A stretch of 32,572 bases of DNA from Myxococcota bacterium (GTDB lineage: Bacteria > Myxococcota_C > UBA6777): positions 1 to 32,572 of the forward strand of contig JAKLKB010000069.1 of the NCBI GenBank assembly GCA_023150835.1, read 5' to 3'. Each line of letters starts with the position of its first letter. Position 1 is the stretch's first letter. Positions 1 to 10,012 of this stretch are shown here, in pieces. The notes below the pieces were generated by a model. The model was not told the origin of the DNA, made no database searches, and saw only the letters and a program-made list of their open reading frames with translations. The translations under genes were made by a program, and so were the position numbers.

Positions 1-198
1 ACTTTCCGTACTTTCCGTACTTTCCGTACTTTCCGTACTTTCCGTACTTTCCGTACTTTCCGTACTTTCCGTACTTTCCGTACTTTCCGTACTTTCCGTA
101 CTTTCCGTGCTTTCCGTACTTTCCGTACTTTCCGTACTTTCCGTACTTTCCGTACTTTCCGTACTTTCCGTGCTTTCCGTGCTTTCCGTGCTTTCCGT
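1..198. repeat. 9-bp tandem repeat (A/G)CTTTCCGT, at least 22 copies, truncated by the window start
   Basis: Units in exact 9-bp register from 1 to 198; G-variant units start at 109, 172, 181 and 190. No stop codon in any of the six frames. Confidence 0.97.
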
Positions 199-287
199 GG
201 ACTCTTCTTTTCGATATACTCTGCGTGATGCCCGCGTTTTGTACCCATGTAAGAGGGGCCAGCTATGGCTTCACCTAACGCCTAGGT

Positions 288-332
288 GGGCTGCCCCTAC
301 ATCTTCCGTGTACACAGCGAGCGTATTTCTTA
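288..332. repeat. Partial/degenerate copy of REP-containing element family B
   Basis: GCCCCTACATCTTCCGTGTACACAGCGAGCGTATTTC resembles GCCCCTACATCTTTCGTGTACGCGATGAGCGGATTTC at ~20879-20915. Confidence 0.6.
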
Positions 333-428
333 CAACACACAACCTCGCCCACGCGTTCCGTCCGTTCCGAGACTGTATGTTTCCGCAAACAAGCCACCCC
401 ACAAGACGATCGCTCCCGCCCCGCGCTC

Positions 429-1760
429 TCACCAACCCAACCAATCCCCCCATGATTCGGGAACAGGCTTGAACTCTACGCTGGTTTTGTACTCCAACGT
501 CCCGCCGACAAAGTTATAGATCAGCGTCCCCTTGCTTGGTCGATGGTCCGAAGGCGTAAAGCTGATCGGGAAGGTCAACCCGCCCGTCGAAAAGTCACGC
601 ATCTTCTCTAACTGCCGCTTGATGTTGTAGCCCGTGATCTCCAACTCGTCGGCAAACAACTGCTCAACAGCCGCTTTCCATAGCAAAAGGCTCACATAAC
701 CTTGGACATAACGGACATTGCGGTGCAATTTAACATCTTCTTTGGCGGCTTCCCTCGATTTTTTGTGTAAGATCACCACCTCTTTCATCGCGGGATAGTT
801 CAGATCCCCAAAAGCCGCAAACGGCATCAAACCAAAGAGACGGCCCTCACAGCGGTTTTCGCCGTTGGCCTCTTTGCAGCGCTCGGGGATGCTCTCGTCA
901 AAGCCCCACACATTCGCGATCAACTGAGCTTCGGGCGCAAACTTCGCAGCAGCTTTCGTGATCAACACCGCTGTTCGCGTCGTGTTGCCGATCCACAACC
1001 AATCCCCTTTGGCGGGGGGATTTGCTTGAAAGTACTTTTCGACCTTCGAGGCGATGTCGGCTTCGTTCGCATCAAGCGAGATATCCAGATCAGGCAAGAT
1101 ATCTACACTTTGACTTTTCGCGTAGGTTTTTCCCGCAGGGATCGGTCCTTTACAATCCTCGGTCGCACAATACACAAATCCAACGCGCTTTCCACCAGAT
1201 TCTTTGACATATTTCAACGCAAGGCGGATCGATGTCGAAGAGTCTGTGCCCGGGAAAAAGCTGTACGGCGCGCCTTTGGTGTTGGCTTGAAACTTCGATC
1301 CGTCGGGAAGTTCGACCTCGCGCTTCACGTCGCTTGGACTGCTCAAAGAAGCCGAGTACGACGCCGAGATATAAGGCAACAGATCGCCCGCAACTTTTTG
1401 GTTCAACAGCGTGGAGTCTTCCGTTCCCCAGCCAAAGATCGCCGCCACCTTGGACCAGTTCGGCCCCTGTTTCCATTTCTCGTAGATCTTGAGTCCTTCT
1501 TGCGGATCGTTTTTGAAGTCCTCCCACGCAAAAACCAGTTTGTGCTTATTAATCCCGCCGTTGGCGTTGATCTCATTCACAAAATCGATGATCGCCTGAC
1601 TGTAAGGCGTACTCACATCCGCAGTCGGCCCCGAACGATCAAACAAACCATGAATAAACAGTTCTTTTTGATACTCCACATTGCCTTTGGGAGGTTGGCA
1701 AGCCACCACCCAAAAAGCACAAAACAAAACCACCCAATAAAACAAACAATCCTTCTTCAT
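429..1760 (-). CDS. ABC transporter substrate-binding lipoprotein, type I periplasmic binding protein (LivJ/LivK-like)
   Basis: Motifs D-x-SGPTA, INANGGIN, NVWGFDE and TFPISFTPSDH; lipobox VVAC; GGAGG RBS before the ATG at 1760, so start moved from the ORF-track 1787. Confidence 0.85.
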   Translation of the reverse strand: MKKDCLFYWVVLFCAFWVVACQPPKGNVEYQKELFIHGLFDRSGPTADVSTPYSQAIIDFVNEINANGGINKHKLVFAWEDFKNDPQEGLKIYEKWKQGPNWSKVAAIFGWGTEDSTLLNQKVAGDLLPYISASYSASLSSPSDVKREVELPDGSKFQANTKGAPYSFFPGTDSSTSIRLALKYVKESGGKRVGFVYCATEDCKGPIPAGKTYAKSQSVDILPDLDISLDANEADIASKVEKYFQANPPAKGDWLWIGNTTRTAVLITKAAAKFAPEAQLIANVWGFDESIPERCKEANGENRCEGRLFGLMPFAAFGDLNYPAMKEVVILHKKSREAAKEDVKLHRNVRYVQGYVSLLLWKAAVEQLFADELEITGYNIKRQLEKMRDFSTGGLTFPISFTPSDHRPSKGTLIYNFVGGTLEYKTSVEFKPVPESWGDWLGW

Positions 1761-1838
1761 ACACACCTCCAACTCTCCAATTCGCAAGAGTTTTCTATCG
1801 TTCCCCCCCCGTTCAGAACACCCTTGTGCCCTGAAAAC

Positions 1839-2870
1839 TCAGGGAGTGTTGAGATCGACCTTTACCTTGATATCGCCGCTTTCCAGTTTCTTCTGTGCAT
1901 CAGTCAATTTGTCTTTTACCGCTTGTTCGATCTTTGCGTCGAAGTCGTGGAACGGTGCAAGGCCAATCTTTCCTGTAAAGTTTCCTCCTTTGGGGAAGGA
2001 GCCTGCGTTTGCTTTGCTGATCAGTTCGGCCACGCCTTCCGTGATCTTTTTGACCGCGCTTGAAACCAAACAGGGGCGAGCAGATTTGACCGTTTCGTAC
2101 TGATCGACATCCACGCCAATACAGAATAATTCTTTTTGCTTATCGGTACGCTCTCCCGCAAAAAGCTCCAACGCACCATTGCCTGTCTGTCCGCCTGCAC
2201 CAAACACCACATCCGCGCCGTCCGTCAAAAACTTTTGCGCTTGTTGTGCCCCCCAAGGAGCGTCGACAAAAGCGTTGTCTCCAGCCGGATGAAAGATCGA
2301 GAACACGGTCATCGCGGCATCCACAGACTTCGCACCTTGTTCGTAGCCTTGTTTAAACCGAATGACGGGAGGGATCGCCAGTCCGTACACACCGCCGATC
2401 TTTTTGGTCTTGCTCAACGAACCCGCCAAGATCCCCGCCAAGTAGCCTGCTTGGGCTTCGTCGAAGATCAATCCGACATAGTTCGGCCCAGAAGTATCGC
2501 TTGGATCGCGAAACTGATCTACCCCAACAAATCGAACGTTCGGGTACTTTTTTGCAGCCGCCAACGTCGCTTCAGCCAGCGAAAATCCGACGGTAACAAT
2601 GATCGTCACTCCATCGGCCACCAACTTGTCGATGTTTCCTGCATAGTCACCAGCAGTCTTACTCTCGACGTATCGGTATCCATCTCCTTCTTTCAAGCTG
2701 AGTGTCTTTCCTGCACTCTCCACTCCCTTCCAAGCCGATTCGTTAAACCCCCGATCTTGGATGCTTCCTGTGTCGGTCACCAAACCAATCCGCACACCTC
2801 CACATCCATAAAGCCAAAACACGCTCAGCGCACAAAGCACCATCCGCGTCGCCATACTCAACCGTTTCAT
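1839..2870 (-). CDS. BMP family (PnrA/TmpC-like) ABC substrate-binding lipoprotein, probably nucleoside-binding
   Basis: Motifs VTDTGSIQDRGFNESAWKG, GYLAG, GADVVFGAGGQTGNG, IGVDVDQY and SSAVK; lipobox LYGC; GAGGAG RBS before the ATG at 2870. Confidence 0.92.
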   Translation of the reverse strand: MKRLSMATRMVLCALSVFWLYGCGGVRIGLVTDTGSIQDRGFNESAWKGVESAGKTLSLKEGDGYRYVESKTAGDYAGNIDKLVADGVTIIVTVGFSLAEATLAAAKKYPNVRFVGVDQFRDPSDTSGPNYVGLIFDEAQAGYLAGILAGSLSKTKKIGGVYGLAIPPVIRFKQGYEQGAKSVDAAMTVFSIFHPAGDNAFVDAPWGAQQAQKFLTDGADVVFGAGGQTGNGALELFAGERTDKQKELFCIGVDVDQYETVKSARPCLVSSAVKKITEGVAELISKANAGSFPKGGNFTGKIGLAPFHDFDAKIEQAVKDKLTDAQKKLESGDIKVKVDLNTP

Positions 2871-3299
2871 CGCCGTCTCCTCACGTTGAATTCCCTCTAT
2901 GGCGTGGTGATTTCCCGCACAGCATACCCTCACGCTGTTTTGGTTCAGATGCGCAACACCTCCAAACCACCGCCATGCTTTTTCCAAACTCTCTCAAAAA
3001 CAAAGAGAGACCCAGATCACACTCTATCGCCTTGCCTAGCACACAATCCGCAACGAAAGCAAGCCAGCCAGCCACATTTTACGCCACTCCCCTGATTACC
3101 AAGGACCAAACAGTTGTATGCTTCTAGCATTGCCTTTTGCTGTGTTCTCTGCCACCTTTGCAAAGAACTGTGCGGACTCTTTTCGATGCAGGCAGTACCC
3201 AGCCACACGAAGGCGATCTCGTTCATTCGATAAATTCTTCACTGGTCTCACATCGTTTCTTTATGATCCTGTGTATTTCTCTCTCGACGGAGTCTAAAG

Positions 3300-4274
3300 A
3301 TGCTTTTCCAAAAATCATCGTTTCCTCGAAGCGAATTTCTGTTTTTCTTTATCTTCACTTTCACTTTCTCTTTTGCCTTAACTTTTGTTTTCGCTTTGCC
3401 CGCTTGCCAGCCCACCACGACACCAGAACCACACGACGCTCAAGAAGCCCCAACACCCGACCATCTCGCCGATTCCTCCAGCAACAAGACTTGTTCTGGA
3501 AGTCTTTCCTTTTGCAACCTACGTTTCGATCAGATGATCTTCCCGATGGCCCATAACGCGATGTCCAACGCCGAAGAAAAATGGGAACTGCCTTTGCAAA
3601 ACTGGTCGATGACACGGCAGATGCAAAATGGCGTACGCGGCTTGATGTTGGATACTTACGAAAAAGATGGAAAGCTTGTGCTTTGTCATGGATTCTGCGA
3701 ACTCGGTCAAAAATCCCTCAAAGATGGGCTTCTTGAGATCAAGCGCTTTTTGGATGACAACCCACGCGAGATCATCACCCTCGAATTCCAAGATGACGCG
3801 CCTCCCGACAAAACAGTCCAAGTGTTTCGGGAGATCGGACTTGATGCGCTCGCCCATACCCAGTCCAAACAAGCCGCTTGGCCGACGCTTCTTTCGATGA
3901 TCCAAAACAACAAACGTCTCGTTGTCCTCGCGGATACGCACGGCGGCAAAGTTTCTGATGCGCCTTGGTATCACAAGACATGGGAACTCGCTTGGGACAA
4001 TCCCTATGCAGCCAAGAAAATAGAGGACTTTAGCTGTTCTGTTGGACGAGGCCAAGCCGCCAATCCTCTGTTTATCCTCAACCACTTTTTAACGGCCCCG
4101 CTCGGTCTTCCCGAACTTGCCAAACAAGCCAACACCCAAGCCTCCCTCAACGACCACATCCAGCGCTGCCAAAAAGAACACAACCGACTCCCCAACTTTG
4201 TCGCTGTGGATTTTGTCGATATCGGCGCTGTTTTTGACATCGTTTTTGCGTTGCGCACCACCCTTGCCCCTTGA
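3300..4274 (+). CDS. PI-PLC X-domain-like (PLC-like phosphodiesterase) exported protein or lipoprotein
   Basis: Motifs AHNA, Q-x-x-NGVRGLMLD, LCHG, NPREIITL, NHF and PNFVAVDF; hydrophobic N-terminus ending LPAC. Confidence 0.85.
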   Translation: MLFQKSSFPRSEFLFFFIFTFTFSFALTFVFALPACQPTTTPEPHDAQEAPTPDHLADSSSNKTCSGSLSFCNLRFDQMIFPMAHNAMSNAEEKWELPLQNWSMTRQMQNGVRGLMLDTYEKDGKLVLCHGFCELGQKSLKDGLLEIKRFLDDNPREIITLEFQDDAPPDKTVQVFREIGLDALAHTQSKQAAWPTLLSMIQNNKRLVVLADTHGGKVSDAPWYHKTWELAWDNPYAAKKIEDFSCSVGRGQAANPLFILNHFLTAPLGLPELAKQANTQASLNDHIQRCQKEHNRLPNFVAVDFVDIGAVFDIVFALRTTLAP

Positions 4275-4338
4275 TCTTTTCCCGTCCTTTCGTCATCTTG
4301 GCTAGGCTTTCGACCACAACGAACCAAGGAAATGCACG

Positions 4339-6333
4339 ATGGCAAAAGGATTTCTCTTTCTCTCCCAAACCCACTCCGCCAGCGCTTTCAATTTCCAAGA
4401 TCTGCGTCTCCTCCTTGTGGCGCTTTGTGCTTTCGTTCTCCTTGCTCTCTCTGCAAAACAAATCGGCGAAGTTTTCTCAAAGATCGGACTTCCACGTATC
4501 ACAGGGTTTCTCTTTGCAGGAATTCTGATCGGGCCTTTTGTGCTCAATCTCCTCCCGAAACAAAGCATCGCCCAACTTCAATTTCTCGATCAGATATCAC
4601 TCGCCATGATCGCCCTTGTTGCGGGCAGCGAGCTTCAACTCCATGAACTGCGAAGCAAATTCAAAAGCATTCTTTTGATTACATCTTTTCAATTTCTCGC
4701 AGTATTCGGACTAGGCAGCATCGCGATCTACTTTGCCTCCCAACACATCAGCTTTATGGCGCAGATGCCTACTCCCGCAAAGATCGCGGCGTCGATGTTG
4801 ATGGCTGCGATCATGGTGACGCGCTCTCCAAGCTCCGCTGTCGCGCTGATCACAGAACTTCGTGCCAAAGGCCCTTTCACGTTGACCCTTCTTGGGGTGA
4901 CGATGCTCTCCGATGTTGCAGTGATTGTTCTTTTTGCGATCTGCCTTTCTGTCGCCAAAACGTTGATGAGTGGCCGCAGCTTCAACAGCTTTTCTATTTT
5001 TCTGATTCTTTTTGAACTCGCTCTAGCTGTCGGGTTGGGATACTTGTTTAGCCGCATCTTTCAATTTCTTTTTTCCTTTCATTTCCACCGTTATCTCAAA
5101 CGCGGCTTGATCTTGCTTGTCGGTTATTCTGTCTTCCTTCTTGATCAGGCAGTCCACCAAGTCAGTCAAATCCATCTCTCTTTTTCTCTGCATATCGAGC
5201 CTCTCTTGACTTGCGTGATTACTGGTTTTTTTCTAACTAATTTTAATCCATATCGCGCTGAATTCACACAGACCCTTCATAAATTAACGCCTCCTGTTTT
5301 TCTTGCCTTTTTTACACTTACGGGCGCTTCTCTGGGCCTTGATGTCCTCTCTCGGATGTGGGCCATCACACTTTTTCTTGTCTTCTTGCGCATGGGCCTG
5401 ATGTTTGTGGGGTCTTGGGTGGGGGGCGTGCTTGCGGGCGAGCCGCCGCTTTGCAATCGTTTGCGTTGGATGGTCTTCATTACGCAGGCGGGCGTTGGTT
5501 TGGGACTGACCAAACAGATGACCGCCGCTTTTCCCGCGTGGGGGACGACCTTCGCAGCCTTGTTGATCTCGATGATTATCGTCGACGAGATCATCGGCCC
5601 TCCGCTATTTAAGTGGGCGATCCATCGCGTGGGTGAAGCCCACACTCGCGCAGAAACCCCTGAGTTCGATGGTGTTCGGGATGCTTTGATCTTTGGCCTC
5701 GATGGTCGGACGGTTGCTCTGGCTCGTTCGCTCAAAAAACACGGATGGAACGTCAAGATCGCCACCCTCAAAACGCAAGCCCCCGAAGAACAACCCATCG
5801 AAGATATCCTGATCTGCCGCCTGCCCAATCTTTCGTTCGAAAGCTTTCGCTGCCTTGAGATCGAAAAGGTCGAATCTGTCGTCATGATGCTCCAAGATGA
5901 CGAAAACTACCAAGCCGCCGAGATCATCTACGAACACTTTGGCACAAAGTCGATCGTCGTATTGCTTCACGATCACAAAAACTTTGAACGATTTAAAGAA
6001 CTTGGGACGCTGATCGTCGAACCCGGAACAGCCATCATCAATCTCTTCGACAACTTTGTCCGTTCTCCCCTTGGTACCTCCTTCTTGCTTGGCCTTGATG
6101 AACGCCAAGACGTGCTCGACCTCGAAGTCCGCGATCCACAACTCGATGGACTCTTCTTGCGCGAACTCACCCTCCCCCCCGATGTCTTGGTGCTTTCCGT
6201 CACCCACAAAGGCAAACAACTGATCTCTCACGGCTATACACAACTCGAGATCGGCGATCAAGTCTCGGTGATCGGTTCCCCTGAAAGCTTGGAAAAAGTC
6301 TCTTTGATGTTTGAACAACCCAAAAGCACCTAA
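4339..6333 (+). CDS. Cation:proton antiporter (CPA2-like) with C-terminal TrkA-N/TrkA-C (RCK) domains
   Basis: Many TM segments with LPRITGFLFAGILIGP, AGSEL, QAGVGLGL and EIIGP; soluble C-terminus with LIFGLDG and HGYTQLEIGD. Confidence 0.88.
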   Translation: MAKGFLFLSQTHSASAFNFQDLRLLLVALCAFVLLALSAKQIGEVFSKIGLPRITGFLFAGILIGPFVLNLLPKQSIAQLQFLDQISLAMIALVAGSELQLHELRSKFKSILLITSFQFLAVFGLGSIAIYFASQHISFMAQMPTPAKIAASMLMAAIMVTRSPSSAVALITELRAKGPFTLTLLGVTMLSDVAVIVLFAICLSVAKTLMSGRSFNSFSIFLILFELALAVGLGYLFSRIFQFLFSFHFHRYLKRGLILLVGYSVFLLDQAVHQVSQIHLSFSLHIEPLLTCVITGFFLTNFNPYRAEFTQTLHKLTPPVFLAFFTLTGASLGLDVLSRMWAITLFLVFLRMGLMFVGSWVGGVLAGEPPLCNRLRWMVFITQAGVGLGLTKQMTAAFPAWGTTFAALLISMIIVDEIIGPPLFKWAIHRVGEAHTRAETPEFDGVRDALIFGLDGRTVALARSLKKHGWNVKIATLKTQAPEEQPIEDILICRLPNLSFESFRCLEIEKVESVVMMLQDDENYQAAEIIYEHFGTKSIVVLLHDHKNFERFKELGTLIVEPGTAIINLFDNFVRSPLGTSFLLGLDERQDVLDLEVRDPQLDGLFLRELTLPPDVLVLSVTHKGKQLISHGYTQLEIGDQVSVIGSPESLEKVSLMFEQPKST

Positions 6334-6410
6334 ACATCTGATATTTCGAGGATATCCTCAATCATACGTCCCCCCACTCTTTCGCCATCTTTTTAACATG
6401 GAGTCCACAC

Positions 6411-7601
6411 ATGGAAAAACGCTACAACCTGATCCTCACGGGATTACAAGCCCCAAGCATCGATCCGCAAGACCTGATCGACGCCTTGCGCGCTCATCTG
6501 CGCTTTGAAGTGATGACCGCACGTCTGGCTGTTTCACGCACACCTTTTACGCTTGTGCGCGATATCTCCTTGGACGAGGCGCTCCAACTCCAAGAACACC
6601 TTGTGCCTCACGGCGCGGTCCTCGAATTCCAAGACGCCAGCCTCCCCGCTCCCCTATCCGATCCCTTTGCCTCCTCTCAATCCCCAGCGCCGCTGCTTGG
6701 GCAGTGGGATAGCAAGTGGGAAAGCGCCCCTCCCCCCACAGCTTACGAGATATCGTTTACGACGGACGTGGGGCTTGCACCGAACAAGTCCTCCCCTGCT
6801 CAAGCCGATATCCCGATGGCTCCGATGCTCCATCCGAGCGCCCCCGAGATGGGCTTTTTTGAAGCCCTCCCCTCCGCCTTTTTGATGCCTCTTCGTGGGC
6901 GCGGGATCTCGTGGATGCTGCTGATCGGCGTGTTCACCTTCGTTGCACTCTTTGCCATGATCGGCATCACCCTTGTCTTGCTTCTGATCCCGTTCGCTTC
7001 TTTCCTTATCAATCTCCTACTTTTTGGTGTCTTGCTTACGCTCAATGCGCGATTTTTCTTCGCTACTTTTTCTGCGGCGATCCAACACGAAGAACAACCC
7101 GAACCCTTCCCCGAATTCAGCGAAAGCCGAAGCGAACTGATCATGGGTGGAGTCGTTCTTTTGGGCTGGTTTGCGACGGCTTTTCTTCCTCTTTATCTGT
7201 GGATCAGTCGCCTTGGTGGAAACCCACGCAGCGGCTTATTTTCGTTGACTTTCTTTTTCTTTCTGCTTTTTTTGCCATTCTTTTTTTGGCCGATCTCTCT
7301 GGTGCGCATGGCCTCCGGCTCGATCTCAAGGATGTGGTACTTTCACGAAAGCGTCCGCGCTATCACCCAGACTCCGCTCAAATACTCCTTGGTTGTTCTT
7401 CTCGGATTTCTCGCGGGCGTAGTTCCTGTGCTGCTTTCCAATCTGCTCCAGTCCGCCAAACTTGGCTTCTTTGTGGGTCTGTTGGCGCTATTTGTCTCTT
7501 GCTTGCCGCTAAGCTACGCACATGGAGTCATGGGAGCCATGATGGGATACCTTGCCAATGAAACCCCCGAGATATTACCCGAAGGCACTCACGAAGGATA
7601 A
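6411..7601 (+). CDS. Hypothetical membrane protein: N-terminal L7/L12-CTD-like domain, Pro-rich linker, ~6 TM segments
   Basis: GGAG RBS; the pattern P-x-x-L-x-RDISLDEA-x-x-LQ...GAVLE resembles L7/L12-like domains; hydrophobic C-terminal half. Confidence 0.7.
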   Translation: MEKRYNLILTGLQAPSIDPQDLIDALRAHLRFEVMTARLAVSRTPFTLVRDISLDEALQLQEHLVPHGAVLEFQDASLPAPLSDPFASSQSPAPLLGQWDSKWESAPPPTAYEISFTTDVGLAPNKSSPAQADIPMAPMLHPSAPEMGFFEALPSAFLMPLRGRGISWMLLIGVFTFVALFAMIGITLVLLLIPFASFLINLLLFGVLLTLNARFFFATFSAAIQHEEQPEPFPEFSESRSELIMGGVVLLGWFATAFLPLYLWISRLGGNPRSGLFSLTFFFFLLFLPFFFWPISLVRMASGSISRMWYFHESVRAITQTPLKYSLVVLLGFLAGVVPVLLSNLLQSAKLGFFVGLLALFVSCLPLSYAHGVMGAMMGYLANETPEILPEGTHEG

Positions 7602-7639
7602 GGTTTATAAGGTTTGATGCGGTGGGCTGGTTGAGGTGA

Positions 7640-8968
7640 TCAATCACGGGGAGGACCGAAGGATTCAGGGGTTTTGTGGGTTGGTTCTTCTACTTTTTCT
7701 CTCGCAGGACTTGGAAAGGCTGTCTTCTTTTGCAAACCAACGGGTGTGGAGGCTTGTGGATGGGTGCTTGTTGTTTTGGGTGCGCTGTTCTGTGTTGCGG
7801 ATCTTTGTGCTTTTGCTGGCAGACGGTTCTTGACTGTAGGTTTGCGTGCTTTTGCTGGCAGACGGTTCTTGACTGTAGGTTTGCGTGCTTTTTTGGCCTT
7901 CGATACTTTTTTGGCCTTCGGTGCGCGCCAAACGCTCCAATCGCCGTGCTTTTTGCCTTCGCGGTATTCGCCTTCCATCGACCATGTGCCGCTTTCATTC
8001 CAGCACTTCCACTTTCCGTGCAGGTTTCCTGATTCGTAATGTGCCTCGCGTTTTTTCTGACCGTTTGCAAACCATTCAAGCTCGACTCCGTGGCGTTTTC
8101 CCTTGATCTCTTGATAATCTCTTTTCTTTTTTCCATTGGGGTAAAAAGCGATCCATCGGTTCATTTCTTTTTCCAGATCGCGTTCTAGAAGTGTTTGTTT
8201 TTTCCCTTTTTTGTAGATCACCGTCTGCTGGCGCTTGCGCTTCCCTTCGGCGAAAAAGACTGTGGTTTCGCGATCATTCAAGAAGCGCTTCGAGGGTCCG
8301 TGAAGCTTTCCTTTTGCGTAATGGCGTTCCCACAACAACTTGCCTTGTTTATCCCATACTTTCCAGATACCGTCTCGCTTTCCATGCAGAAAAGATTGCT
8401 CTGTCTGCGCCTTACCGTTTGCAAAGAAGGCTGTGGTGAGTCCGTGTAACCGGCCTTCTTTGTAGTGTCGAACAAGCCGTGTCTGGCCGTTTTTGTAGAA
8501 GCTCGCCCACTGGCCCTCTCGCTTTCCGCTGCGGAAGCTATACACGAGGCGTTTTTGCCCGTTGCGGAAGAGCAGCGTACCCTCTCGGTATGAAGGACGT
8601 TTGGCCGACGAAGAAAGCGCGGTACGAGTCTGTTCTTTGGAGCGCTGTGTGGTGGCATCAAGGCGCGTGGCGCGGTCTTTCGTTTGAGTCGGGTGCTGTG
8701 GGATATCCGTTGCGCGTGGGTTCGGCTTGGGCGCGTTGTTTGCGGGCGTTGTCATGGGCGCTTGAGATGGTCGCGCAGCAGGCGATTGGAGCGTGGCTTT
8801 GGACGAAAGCAGGTCTGCAACGTCTGCTTTTTCTTGGTGTGCTTGGGCCTTGGCGCTTTCGGACGTGTCTGTTTGTGGCTTGCAACCTTGCAAGGCCACT
8901 CCGTGAACTCCGACAAAGCTCATCAGTCCCCATGCCATCCATTGATGAAGTGTTTTCTTGGATCTCAT
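7640..8968 (-). CDS. MORN-variant repeat lipoprotein (often annotated as YwqK-family antitoxin-like)
   Basis: Repeated F/Y-x-NG-x-x-x-x-x-x-x-Y-x-x-G-x-x-HG units; lipobox LQGC; AAGGAG RBS before the ATG at 8968. Confidence 0.8.
   Translation of the reverse strand: MRSKKTLHQWMAWGLMSFVGVHGVALQGCKPQTDTSESAKAQAHQEKADVADLLSSKATLQSPAARPSQAPMTTPANNAPKPNPRATDIPQHPTQTKDRATRLDATTQRSKEQTRTALSSSAKRPSYREGTLLFRNGQKRLVYSFRSGKREGQWASFYKNGQTRLVRHYKEGRLHGLTTAFFANGKAQTEQSFLHGKRDGIWKVWDKQGKLLWERHYAKGKLHGPSKRFLNDRETTVFFAEGKRKRQQTVIYKKGKKQTLLERDLEKEMNRWIAFYPNGKKKRDYQEIKGKRHGVELEWFANGQKKREAHYESGNLHGKWKCWNESGTWSMEGEYREGKKHGDWSVWRAPKAKKVSKAKKARKPTVKNRLPAKARKPTVKNRLPAKAQRSATQNSAPKTTSTHPQASTPVGLQKKTAFPSPAREKVEEPTHKTPESFGPPRD
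7807..7892. repeat. 39-bp perfect tandem duplication in the MORN gene tail (KARKPTVKNRLPA x2)
   Basis: GTGCTTTTGCTGGCAGACGGTTCTTGACTGTAGGTTTGC at 7807 and 7846, with a partial third unit at 7885. Confidence 0.95.
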
Positions 8969-9510
8969 CGCACTTCTCCTTTTGTCGTTTCCGACTTTAC
9001 GGCTCTTTGCTCTCATCTTTCTTGCGTCTCTTTCAGAAAGACCCGATCCATCCGACCCACATACACTTTCCACAAGCGCCTCTTTGAGAGGAGAGAGACA
9101 CAACCTTTGTGCCTCTCCAAACAAGCCAGCCGAGCCTTTTTTCAAGCCACCTGCGGCCTGACACCCACCAAGAAACACCCTTTTCGCGAATCGCGTTTGC
9201 GCTGGAGATGAATTGACCTCGAACACTCGATGAACACGGTCTGCTGTTCCCGCCCTCCCTGTTCATGGGATCTTCACAGATCGCCGCGTTCGCCGCATCA
9301 TTCGTGCGCCACGTCACAGCCGCCCTTTGCGTTTCCGCACAGATCACCAAGCCTCCCCCGTGATCCGCCCCGCAGCCCCCACCACCCATCCACTAGGCAA
9401 CGCCTTGAAAAACAAAGAAGAAACAACCCGCTCCTTTGTAAACGCGCCTCTCGTTCACGGATCTTTCGCCATCCACGACGAGCGCACCAAACGATCCCCT
9501 CCGCCACCCG

Positions 9511-9960
9511 CTATGGACGCACCAAACGATCCCCTTCGCGGCGTAGATGGGGGCATCGCGCCAACAGCTCCGTCAAAAAGCGCTCCCGCTCCAAAGGAGA
9601 GATCATCACGCCAAATCGGCCTTCTACATGGATGTGCAGTCGATCCAAAGACAAAGCCGGACTCGATAAGGGATTGTTGGTGGGTTCGACCTTGGTGATC
9701 TCTCTGTAAGGGATGCGGTATCGCAATACACCGCTGCGCACAAGCAAGAGATCTTTTTCGAGCGCATAATACAACGGAAACAACACTGTCACACACAACA
9801 GCACCACAAATCCAAGCCCACCAACGCCCGTCCACCGAGACCATCCCGGAACAAACCACCAAACAAACACCGCGCTCGTCAACGACAAAGCCAACGCTGC
9901 GCACAACACCACCGCCAACCAAGTATCCACCTTCGACGCGAAACGAACTTCTTCTAACAT
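9511..9960 (-). CDS. Bacterial PH-domain membrane protein (YyaB/bPH_5-like)
   Basis: Motifs F-x-SKVD-x-W, two TM helices, IPY-x-EI-x-x-V and SPALSLDRL...ISP; AAGGAGG RBS before the ATG at 9960. Confidence 0.85.
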   Translation of the reverse strand: MLEEVRFASKVDTWLAVVLCAALALSLTSAVFVWWFVPGWSRWTGVGGLGFVVLLCVTVLFPLYYALEKDLLLVRSGVLRYRIPYREITKVEPTNNPLSSPALSLDRLHIHVEGRFGVMISPLERERFLTELLARCPHLRREGDRLVRP

Positions 9961-10012
9961 CTTGACCTCCTTGAAGAACCGACCCAAAAGCCCAACACCC
10001 CGACCTATCCGA

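Noticed and set aside
107-472. ORF with (LSV)n repeats
   Set aside because: Open only because the 9-bp repeat lacks stops; starts inside the repeat, has no RBS and overlaps the end of the real minus-strand gene.
7640-8968. Toxin-antitoxin or defence system
   Set aside because: No toxin partner is visible; MORN-variant repeats alone do not indicate antitoxin function.
8969-9226. Long N-terminal extension of the MORN ORF (also extensions at 2871-2987 and 28468-28671)
   Set aside because: Downstream ATGs have better RBSs, and in the two lipoproteins directly precede signal peptides.
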